Shown here: positions 17,169 through 24,623 of the stretch, piece after piece
Layout of the letters: each line of letters starts with the position of its first letter
How positions within the stretch are numbered: position 1 is the stretch's first letter
Assembly (NCBI GenBank): GCA_041288095.1
Contig: JBGGMJ010000128.1
Coordinates: 1-35,108, forward strand
DNA length: 35,108 nt
Source: Myxococcota bacterium
GTDB lineage: Bacteria; Myxococcota; XYA12-FULL-58-9; JALHOP01
Direction of reading: 5' to 3'
Notes under the pieces: model-generated
The model's input: the letters and a program-made list of their open reading frames with translations, nothing else
The model's database searches: none
What the model was told of the DNA's origin: nothing
Translations under genes and position numbers: made by a program

Positions 17169-17753
17169 TCAGCGCTGCGCGATGACACCGCAGCTCACGC
17201 GCGGCCCAGCGTTACCCGCGGGCTGGCTCGCGAGATCATCCGTTTTAGCGTGCACGATGACAGCGTGACCCAAGATATTGCCGCGTGAATGTTCGCTTTG
17301 GGCGTTGGCGCCGACCGAACCGCCGACGATGAAAGCGCTCACCGTGGCACGGCCATCGGCGTCACTGACGATATTGCCCATGTCGCCGACGTGCGTGTCG
17401 GGTCCAGGCGCGCCGTGCTGGGCTTGGGTCGGGTTGTAGTGGTCACCCGCCGACGAGCCGTCCGGGGCGCTGCAGTCGCCCTTGTCGTGAATGTGGAAGC
17501 CGTGGGTGCTGTTGGGCGTGAGGCCCTTCACATAGCCCTCGACGCGAACGCCGCCGTCCGTCGGGAAGAAGGCGAGCTCGCCACTGACACCGCTCTCGGA
17601 GAGAGGGGCGAGCGCGACGGACGCCGCCGGATCCACGCGACCGGCCTTGTCCGCCATCGTGGTGCCTTGCTCACCGGCGCGCGGGTTCTGGGTGTCGACC
17701 TTCGAGCAGGCGAGAGCAGTCACGGCGACAGTGACGATAACGAGTGTGCGCAT
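17169..17753 (-). CDS. sodC: Cu/Zn superoxide dismutase, lipoprotein
   Basis: Lipobox ALAC; HGFHIH, CS-AGDHYNP, HG, HVGDMGN, IVHA-TDD, GPRVSCGVI. Confidence 0.93.
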   Translation of the reverse strand: MRTLVIVTVAVTALACSKVDTQNPRAGEQGTTMADKAGRVDPAASVALAPLSESGVSGELAFFPTDGGVRVEGYVKGLTPNSTHGFHIHDKGDCSAPDGSSAGDHYNPTQAQHGAPGPDTHVGDMGNIVSDADGRATVSAFIVGGSVGANAQSEHSRGNILGHAVIVHAKTDDLASQPAGNAGPRVSCGVIAQR

Positions 17754-17834
17754 CGGAATTCCCCTTGAGTGCGTGAGCCGAGGCAAATAAGCGTACGAGA
17801 CGTAGTCGGAGCAAGACGTAAAAGGGGACTAGCC

Positions 17835-18140
17835 ATGATGCGAGCGTTGACGTGGTTCACGATGTTGGGCGCCCTCTCTGGTGGCGCCGTCGGTTCCATC
17901 TTTGGCTACCGCCTGGCGCTCTTCTGGTTCGACCCAGGCAACAACACCCACGTCCAGGCGGCACTGTGCCCGTGCCTCGCCAACGCCCAAGACGCGATTC
18001 ACATGTTCTTCCGGTCGCAGGTCATCGGGTGCGTCATCGGCGTCGTCCTGTTCAACCTCGTCGGGCTGGTCTTCAGGAAGAAGCTCGCGCAGCGCGCGGC
18101 GGCCAAGGCGGCACGCACCGGGGCGCCGCCGCTCGCGTGA
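17835..18140 (+). CDS. Small 2-TM membrane protein with a CxC loop
   Basis: AAGGGGA RBS; TM-WFDPG...ALCPC-TM followed by a basic tail. Confidence 0.7.
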   Translation: MMRALTWFTMLGALSGGAVGSIFGYRLALFWFDPGNNTHVQAALCPCLANAQDAIHMFFRSQVIGCVIGVVLFNLVGLVFRKKLAQRAAAKAARTGAPPLA

Positions 18141-18179
18141 CCTGACAGGCTGTCGGACGCGGCTCGAGGCCGAGGGCGG

Positions 18180-18210
18180 GGTGGGAGCCGAGAATGTCGG
18201 CACTCCCACC
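18180..18210. other. Intergenic stem-loop
   Basis: GGTGGGAG-CCGA...TCGG-CA-CTCCCACC; ends directly at the RBS of the next ORF; no U-tail. Confidence 0.4.
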
Positions 18211-18222
18211 AAAGGATGTCCC

Positions 18223-18489
18223 ATGGCCGTCGAATCCATCGATAAGAAGGCGAATGTGTCTCCGGCGCCCGCCGCGGCATCGGCGCCCGCACCGGCGCAA
18301 TCGGCTCCAGCGCAGAGCACGCCGCCGCCCGCCAAGAGCGGCGACAGTGACCGCGACTCGCGGGAGCCGCGCCGGCCGCCCGTGGATCTATGCTGGCCGC
18401 CGCCATTCCACCCATCGTTGGCTGGAATCGCGCAGATCCGTCCGTACTGCTATCACCTGCGCCGCTTTGGTGGACCCGACGCGGAGTAG
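18223..18489 (+). CDS. Hypothetical 88-aa Pro/Ala-rich protein
   Basis: AAAGGA RBS before ATG 18223; MAVESIDKKANVSPAPAAASAPAP...LCWPPPFHP...PYCYHLRR; fills the gap before the convergent sigma gene. Confidence 0.5.
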   Translation: MAVESIDKKANVSPAPAAASAPAPAQSAPAQSTPPPAKSGDSDRDSREPRRPPVDLCWPPPFHPSLAGIAQIRPYCYHLRRFGGPDAE

Positions 18490-18507
18490 GAGCTAGCCGC
18501 GAACGAG

Positions 18508-20169
18508 CTAGCTGATCTTCCGACGCTCGCACATACGCCGCATCTTCATGAGGCCTTGGGCCTGAATCTGGCGCACGCGCTCGCGTGACAGGTTGTAGAT
18601 CTTGCCGATCTCATCGAGCGTCTGATCGGTGTCATCGCCGAGGCCGAAGCGGCGGCGGATGATGTCCTTCTCGATGGGATTCAAGAGGTGCAGGAGCTCG
18701 CGCACGCGCTCGTGCGTGTTCTCGCGGATCAGCGCTTCGTCGAGGCCGGGGGCGCTGTCGTCGCGCACCAGGTCGAGGAACTTGCGCGGATCATCACCGC
18801 CCACGCTCTCGTCGAGCGAGACCGGATCCTGCTGCACGCCGCCCAAGATCTGCTCGACCTTGGTCTTCGGCATCTTCACCGTCTTCGAGATTTCCGCCGG
18901 CGTCGGAGCGCGGCCGAGGCGCTGCGTGAGCTTCGCCGTGGCGCGGCCGATTTGTCGACGCGAGTCGATGACGTGAACCGGCAGGCGGACCTGCGAGCCC
19001 TTGTTGATGATGGCGCGCTCGATCGACTGGCGAATCCACCAGTGCGCGTAGGTGGAGAAGCGGAAGCCGCGACGATGGTCGAAGCGGTGAACCGCCTTCA
19101 TCAGACCGACGTTGCCCTCTTGGATGAGGTCGATGAACGGGATGCGGTAGTGGTGGAAGTTGCGGGCGACGCTGACGACCAAGCGGAGGTTCGCGCGCAC
19201 GAAGTTGTTGCGGCAACGCAGCGCGAGACCGCGCGCCTTCTCGATCTCGGTGAGGTCGGCGTGGGTGATGCGGAACGCCGGCGACGAGTCGAGCACACGG
19301 CGGCCCCAGACCTCGCGGCGCAGGCGCTGCATGGTCTGGTCGAGGACTTCCTTGTCGTAGTCGCCGAGACGCAGGCCCTTGCCGACCTTGTCGATGATCT
19401 TGGCGCGCGCCGGGTGCGGCGGGATCTTGCGCTTGCGGGTGCGCGAAGCAGCGCGCCGATAGCTCTGCAGGAGCGTTTCGATCTCGTTCTTGAGCGGCGC
19501 TTCGAGCTCGGTCGACTCCGTCCACAGGTGCTCGACGGCGCGCGGTGAAGAGAGGATGAGCGTCCAGGTCGCGAGGTCTAAGGTCTCGAGGGTGCGGGCG
19601 TTCTCGAGCTCTTGATCGGGTGTGAAGAGCGGGATGCGCGAGAGCTGATCCATGTAGCTCGCGAGCAGATCCTTGCCGGGCGCCGGCGTGTTCTTCGTCT
19701 TCTTCTTGAGCTCTTTCTCTTCCTTGACGATCAGGGTCTCTTCCGACGCCATCTCTTCGAGGGTCGGCTCGACGTCTTTCGACTTGCCCGCTGCCTTGGC
19801 GGTGCCTTTCGCGCTCTTCTTGCCGCGCTTGAGCGCGCCGTCGGCGGCTTCGTCATCGCCCGAGGCGAGAGCGAGCAGGTCGATGTCTCGCGCTTCCTCG
19901 GTGCTGGGCTCGGCCTTCTTGCCCGCTTTAGCGTTCACCGCCGGACCCTTCTTCTTGGCGACGGCCTTGCCGGCGACCGCTGGTCCGCTTGGTCCGCTGG
20001 CGCGGGCACCGCTGCCGCGACCGCCACGGGCGGCGCTGACTTTGCGTTTGGAATTCTGCTTCACGTTCGTGCGTTGGCCTGGGCGCTCGTGCACCGGACG
20101 TCCTTGCGTGGGGGTTCTGTTGCGACTGCTACCGGTGGTGTCCATGGGCGCTCGATTCTGGTGCGTCAT
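18508..20169 (-). CDS. Sigma-70 family factor, RpoS-like (group 2), with a long basic N-terminal extension
   Basis: Region 1.2 LLASYMDQLSRIPLFT; region 2 ANLRLVVSVAR, DLIQEGNVGLMKAV, FSTYAHWWIRQSIERAI; region 4 TLDEIG-LSRERVRQIQ. Start could be 20145. Confidence 0.92.
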   Translation of the reverse strand: MTHQNRAPMDTTGSSRNRTPTQGRPVHERPGQRTNVKQNSKRKVSAARGGRGSGARASGPSGPAVAGKAVAKKKGPAVNAKAGKKAEPSTEEARDIDLLALASGDDEAADGALKRGKKSAKGTAKAAGKSKDVEPTLEEMASEETLIVKEEKELKKKTKNTPAPGKDLLASYMDQLSRIPLFTPDQELENARTLETLDLATWTLILSSPRAVEHLWTESTELEAPLKNEIETLLQSYRRAASRTRKRKIPPHPARAKIIDKVGKGLRLGDYDKEVLDQTMQRLRREVWGRRVLDSSPAFRITHADLTEIEKARGLALRCRNNFVRANLRLVVSVARNFHHYRIPFIDLIQEGNVGLMKAVHRFDHRRGFRFSTYAHWWIRQSIERAIINKGSQVRLPVHVIDSRRQIGRATAKLTQRLGRAPTPAEISKTVKMPKTKVEQILGGVQQDPVSLDESVGGDDPRKFLDLVRDDSAPGLDEALIRENTHERVRELLHLLNPIEKDIIRRRFGLGDDTDQTLDEIGKIYNLSRERVRQIQAQGLMKMRRMCERRKIS

Positions 20170-20380
20170 GCGTCACATGCGTCTATGTCGATCAACGGCG
20201 GAGACGCGTGTAAAGTCAATACCGTCAGGGGAGTCGGAGCCACGCGACAGCGCGACGCCCAAGCGATTCAGACGATCCACGGCGCATTTTCATGCAGCGT
20301 GAATGCGGCAAATCGCCCCAACGAGGGCTTGATTCATCTCATTCGATTGTCCGATGCAATTGGCCGAACTGGAAGAAATT

Positions 20381-20470
20381 TCCCGCCTCAAGTGGCGGGA
20401 CAATGAAAACGTCCGCCTCAAGTGGCGGGACAACGAAAACGTCCGCCTCAGGTGGCGGGAAAAAACAACA
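20381..20470. repeat. Three tandem 30-bp units, each with the palindrome CCGCC-N6-GGCGG
   Basis: tcccgcctcaagtggcgggacaatgaaaac / gtccgcctcaagtggcgggacaacgaaaac / gtccgcctcaggtggcgggaaaaaacaaca. Confidence 0.9.
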
Positions 20471-20622
20471 TGCTGCGGACGACGCGAAGGGGGTTTGCTG
20501 AACTGCCGTGCGCCCTGCGCAAGCGCGACACGCCGCATGTCGCCCACAATGCGGGGACCTCGAAAAAAGATCAACAGCCTTGCCCGCCCGGCGGATGATT
20601 TCGCGAGGTGGGCTCGTGTGGG

Positions 20623-21078
20623 CTAGTTGCTCGCGGCCGCGCGCGCGTGCACCAACGTCTTCGGACCGGACTCGAAGAGCACCTCGATTTTGCTGTCCGA
20701 GAGCAGGCGCGTCACGATGCCGAAGCGGAAGCTCGGGTGGTCGATGACGTCGCCGGCCTCGAAGGTTTCGGCCGGCTTGTAACGGTGCGCTCGGGAAAGG
20801 TCTTTTCCCTGCATGGCGCGGTCGAAATCGCTCGCGCGCGGGGTGCTGCTTTTCGCTGAGGCGCCGCCGCTCATGCGCTTTGGCGCGGTCTTGCTGCGGC
20901 CGTCCACGGCCTGCTTGCCGCGGTAGGCGTGGGGCGAGCGGCAGGTCTTGCACTGCACGCGTACGACTCGGTCACCCACCATCGCGATGATGACGTGGGC
21001 CAGGTCGAGATCACATTTGGAGCAATAGGCATCAATGTCTGACCCGGCCTTGGGGCGGGTCTTCGGAACGGTTGTCAT
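20623..21078 (-). CDS. Hypothetical protein: Zn-ribbon plus C-terminal Tudor-like domain
   Basis: CSKC...CKTC zinc ligands, basic linker, FEAGDVIDHPSFRFGIV...KIEVLFESGPKTL. Confidence 0.8.
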   Translation of the reverse strand: MTTVPKTRPKAGSDIDAYCSKCDLDLAHVIIAMVGDRVVRVQCKTCRSPHAYRGKQAVDGRSKTAPKRMSGGASAKSSTPRASDFDRAMQGKDLSRAHRYKPAETFEAGDVIDHPSFRFGIVTRLLSDSKIEVLFESGPKTLVHARAAASN

Positions 21079-21202
21079 GCGGCGCGCAATGTAGCGCGTC
21101 TCTGGCATGCATAGCCACGCCTCCGGCTGCCGGAGGCCGACAAATTAGCGGGAGGCTCTAGCGCTGGCCATGTTCGATTCATCGGGTAAGCTTGGAAGAC
21201 GC

Positions 21203-22192
21203 ATGAAGTTCGCCCCCCCGCAGCTCAACGATCGCGCATTGCGCCATCATCTCCGTGCCTTCCGTATTGGAGACCTGGTCGCGTCGCGTGGTGTCTCGGG
21301 CGGCGTTCTCGGGATGCTCTACGAGCTCAACACCACGCGGGGGCGATACGTGATGCGGCTCCTCGCCGATCGCCAGCCCGCCGATGCGCGTTTCGAGGAA
21401 GCGCTGCTCAAACATCTCGAGGAGCGGTCGTTCCCCGTCGCCCCGGTTCTCAAGGCTCGCCACGAGAGCAGCTCGGTGCCGGTCTCGAAGCACGCCGACC
21501 TCTCGCTCTTTCATCCCGTGCCCGGCCGAGCGCTCGCGGCGTTCGAAGTGAGCCCCGAGCACGCGCGACAGGTGGGTGCGTTTCTTGGCTCGATGCACCT
21601 CGCTTTGAAGAGCTTCCGCCGTGTCCGCCGCAGCCGCGCGACGCCTCCGATGGTGGCGCGCCAACTCGAGCGTCTTCTAAAGCGGACAATGCCGGACGAA
21701 GTCGGCCGTGATGCCCGCGCGTTGGGGCTCGAGCTCGTTCGCCATCTGACGCAACGCCGCATGCCTCGAGGCGTAGTGCACGGCGACCTCACCATCGACC
21801 ACTCGCGCTTCGCACATGGCGAGCTGCGCGCGGTGCTCGGCTTCGGCAACGCCGCCGTCGGCCCGCTCGCGTGGGACTTGGCCGTCGCCCTCTGCGACTG
21901 GGGCTTCTCACACGATCGTCTGATGCTCGATCGCGCGGCCGCGCTGGTCGCCGGTTACGAGAGCGTGCGCCCGCTCGAGCCTTCGGAGAGGGCGGGCCTG
22001 TTCGATCTGACGCGATATGCCGCGACGCGCGGCGCCATCATGCACATGGGGGCCTTCGAGGTGCCGCCCCGTCAGTCCGTGCTGCGTTACCGCGATTATC
22101 GCCATTCCATGCGGCGTCTCGACGCGTTGCGCGCTCTCGGGGCGCAGCAGTTTCGCGACAAGATCCTTGGCCGCAGCGCGCGCGAGCGCTAG
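21203..22192 (+). CDS. Homoserine kinase type II (APH/ThrB)-like protein with degenerate catalytic motifs
   Basis: Overall ThrB-II layout (TTRGRYVMRL, RFEEALLKHL, LGSMHLA, PRGVVHGDL, AWDLAVALCDW, LVAGYESVRPLEPSE); Mg-binding Asn and Asp are substituted. Alternative start 21170. Confidence 0.75.
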   Translation: MKFAPPQLNDRALRHHLRAFRIGDLVASRGVSGGVLGMLYELNTTRGRYVMRLLADRQPADARFEEALLKHLEERSFPVAPVLKARHESSSVPVSKHADLSLFHPVPGRALAAFEVSPEHARQVGAFLGSMHLALKSFRRVRRSRATPPMVARQLERLLKRTMPDEVGRDARALGLELVRHLTQRRMPRGVVHGDLTIDHSRFAHGELRAVLGFGNAAVGPLAWDLAVALCDWGFSHDRLMLDRAAALVAGYESVRPLEPSERAGLFDLTRYAATRGAIMHMGAFEVPPRQSVLRYRDYRHSMRRLDALRALGAQQFRDKILGRSARER

Positions 22193-22203
22193 AGCCTTTG
22201 GAC

Positions 22204-23319
22204 GTGGGGCTCGTAACGACCGCCGGCGCCAAGTTCTTGCTCGTCTCTTTGCTGGCAGCGTCGCCCGCGAAGGACAAGGAGCCCGCCTTGCTGGCCGCTC
22301 CACCTGCCGGGGTGCCCGTGGTGAAGGAGAGCCCGCCACCCGCGAAGGCGACGCTCACCAAGGAAACGCCCGTGGCCAACACCGCGGATCCCGCTCAAGG
22401 TCCCGACATCGAGGCCTCGGTCTCGTTGTCGCGCTCGGGCTTGCCGCCGGTCGATCCGAACGCCGAGGTGGTTTGGAGTCTGCAAACCGAGGGCACGATA
22501 AGCCTGCTGCGGCCGCAGACCGTCGTCGACGGCCAAATCATGGTGGCGCAGATCGAAGGCTCACCCAAGTGCGAGCGCGTACGGGTCACCTGGATGGGTC
22601 AGCGTCATGACGCGTTTCCGGTCGACGGCGTGCATCAGGTGCTGTTGCCGGTGCGCCTCGCCTTGAACGCCGGTGATCAGACGCTGAAGGTCCGCTGCAG
22701 CGGACGGGAGGCGAAATTCATCGTCCAAGTCTCGGAGGGCACCTTTCCCGAGTCCAAGCTGTCGGTCGATCCGAAGTTCGACAAGGCGGCGCCACCGCGC
22801 GTCGTCGAAGAGAGCGCCGCCATCAAACATGCCTGGACGCTGGGTGAGACGCGCCGCCAGTGGAACAAGACGTTCACGCGGCCCGCCAAGGGCATCGACA
22901 CCAGCCCGTTCGGCGTACGCCGCACCTTCAACGGCAAGATCGAAGGACGGCACCGCGGCCTCGATATCGACGGCAAGAACGGCGACCCGATCTTCGCGAC
23001 CAACGACGGCAAGGTGGTCCTGGTGGCGGACGATTTCTACTACATCGGCAACGCCGTCTTCCTCGACCATGGCGCCGGCCTGTTCACGATCTACTTCCAC
23101 ATGACGAAGGCGATGGTGAAAGAAGGCGAGCGCGTAAGACGCGGCCAGCGCATCGGTACCATCGGCAAGACCGGCCGTGTCACCGGCCCGCATCTGCATT
23201 TCGGCGTCAAGCTCGCGGACACCTACGTGAATCCGATCGATCTCCTAGCGTACACCGGCGAACGCATCTACGCGACACGCACAAACGTCACGACGATGCG
23301 CGACGCGGCTCCGCGCTAA
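22204..23319 (+). CDS. M23 family metallopeptidase
   Basis: TSPFGVRR, HRGLD (HxxxD), GNAVFLDHG, YFHM, GKTGRVTGPHLHFG. Start uncertain (GTG 22204 or TTG 22198). Confidence 0.9.
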   Translation: MGLVTTAGAKFLLVSLLAASPAKDKEPALLAAPPAGVPVVKESPPPAKATLTKETPVANTADPAQGPDIEASVSLSRSGLPPVDPNAEVVWSLQTEGTISLLRPQTVVDGQIMVAQIEGSPKCERVRVTWMGQRHDAFPVDGVHQVLLPVRLALNAGDQTLKVRCSGREAKFIVQVSEGTFPESKLSVDPKFDKAAPPRVVEESAAIKHAWTLGETRRQWNKTFTRPAKGIDTSPFGVRRTFNGKIEGRHRGLDIDGKNGDPIFATNDGKVVLVADDFYYIGNAVFLDHGAGLFTIYFHMTKAMVKEGERVRRGQRIGTIGKTGRVTGPHLHFGVKLADTYVNPIDLLAYTGERIYATRTNVTTMRDAAPR

Positions 23320-23325
23320 CGTCGG

Positions 23326-23790
23326 CTACAGACCGCTGACGATCATCCATTTTTCGTTTTCGCGGATGAGCTCGATGCGGTTGAACTCGCGGTGAGCGTC
23401 CCAGCTGCCGCCTGACGGCAGCTCGATACGCGCCCGTGATGCGTAGCGCACATCGGCCCACGCCTTCTCGTCCTGGACGGTGATGGCGTGGATGTCGAGG
23501 ATGATGTGCATCTCTTTGGTGGCGCCGAAGCTCTCGCTGACGAGCGAGCGCAGCTGCTCGTAGCCGTAGTCGTCGTTCGGCTCGGTCGTGCCCATGTCCT
23601 CGAAGTACTTTGGCGAGACGTGCGACAGGACGCGCTCGCCGTTGCGCTCTTCCATGCCGGCGCGGACGTCCTCGATGACGTCGTAAACGGCGTGGTTTTC
23701 GCGGGTGTCCTCGACGCGCGTGCCCTTGATGTAGTGATGGCCGCAGGCGGTTAGGGCGATGAGGATCGAGGAGAGTGTGAGCTTCGTCAT
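23326..23790 (-). CDS. Lipoprotein with an NTF2/SnoaL-like domain
   Basis: Lipobox LTAC; helix-helix-SPKY followed by a beta meander ending in KWMIVSGL, typical of the NTF2-like fold. Confidence 0.72.
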   Translation of the reverse strand: MTKLTLSSILIALTACGHHYIKGTRVEDTRENHAVYDVIEDVRAGMEERNGERVLSHVSPKYFEDMGTTEPNDDYGYEQLRSLVSESFGATKEMHIILDIHAITVQDEKAWADVRYASRARIELPSGGSWDAHREFNRIELIRENEKWMIVSGL

Positions 23791-23910
23791 TGCGGTTTCC
23801 ATCATAAGGCGATGCGCACGAACATCGAAATAGCGCGCCAATGTCAACCGACCTGACCTCCCGCGGCATTCCGTTTGAACGAACGTCCTCTACCTGTTAC
23901 CCGTTTAGAT

Positions 23911-24477
23911 ATGAGCAAATTTCTGCTTTCGGTCGCCTTGGTTGGCCTCGTGGCGTGTGCGAGCAGCGGCGGCAATCAAGACGGTAAAGCCGCTTCGGTC
24001 GCAGCCGACGCCTCGAGCTACTCGTCGCACGGCATGACCATCGATCGCCCTTCGCAATGGCACTTCGTGCAGCCCGACAGCACCGTCGCGCCAGATACCC
24101 AGGTCATCCTGCACGGCCCCATCGGCAGCGCCACGCTCGCGCCGACGGTCGAAGTCTCGCGCCGCCCACTGACCGCCGCCGATCGCCGCCGCGCACCCGC
24201 GCAGATCCTGACCGCGCTCGTCAACGAGATCGCGCAGACCTTCGATGGCTTCGAGGCCCAAGGCTCGCCGGCGGACGTCGAGGTCGGCGGACGCAAGGCG
24301 GCACGCATGGACGTGAACCTGACCGAGTCACTCGCGGACGGCACCGAGGAGCGCCGCGCGGCACAGGTGTACGCTATCGTGGATGGCGAGCAGCTGTGGG
24401 TCGTGCGCGGCTTTGGCCCCGGCGACGGCAGCGCCAATGGTCAGATCAGCGACGTGGTGAAGGGCATCCACTTCTGA
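23911..24477 (+). CDS. Lipoprotein, PsbP/DcrB-like fold
   Basis: Lipobox LVAC; GMTIDRPSQW, VEVGGRKA and C-terminal VVKGIHF match the PsbP/DcrB-like pattern. Confidence 0.7.
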   Translation: MSKFLLSVALVGLVACASSGGNQDGKAASVAADASSYSSHGMTIDRPSQWHFVQPDSTVAPDTQVILHGPIGSATLAPTVEVSRRPLTAADRRRAPAQILTALVNEIAQTFDGFEAQGSPADVEVGGRKAARMDVNLTESLADGTEERRAAQVYAIVDGEQLWVVRGFGPGDGSANGQISDVVKGIHF

Positions 24478-24521
24478 TCGGTCATCGGCAATCGGCGCAC
24501 TCTGCGCCCGCCCCGCCTAAA

Positions 24522-24588
24522 AAAATGGGGACACTAACCATTTCTTTGTCCCCCGCGCTGCCTGGAAAATGGTTGGTGTCCCTATTTT
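24522..24588. repeat. 22-bp inverted repeat (REP/MITE-like) within 7-bp ATCGGCA-type repeats
   Basis: AAAATGGGGACACTAACCATTT (24522-24543) / AAATGGTTGGTGTCCCTATTTT (24567-24588); 20 of 22 pairs are Watson-Crick and 2 are G-T; 23-nt loop. Confidence 0.75.
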
Positions 24589-24623
24589 ACGGCAATCGGC
24601 AATCGGGTGATCGGTGATGGCCC

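Noticed and set aside
20381..20470. Mini CRISPR array
   Set aside because: The would-be spacers are about 10 bp and nearly identical, there are only 3 units, and no cas genes are present; this is a tandem repeat.
21871..22203. Long N-terminal extension of the M23 peptidase
   Set aside because: It overlaps the ThrB-like gene; the signal-like segment begins near 22204.
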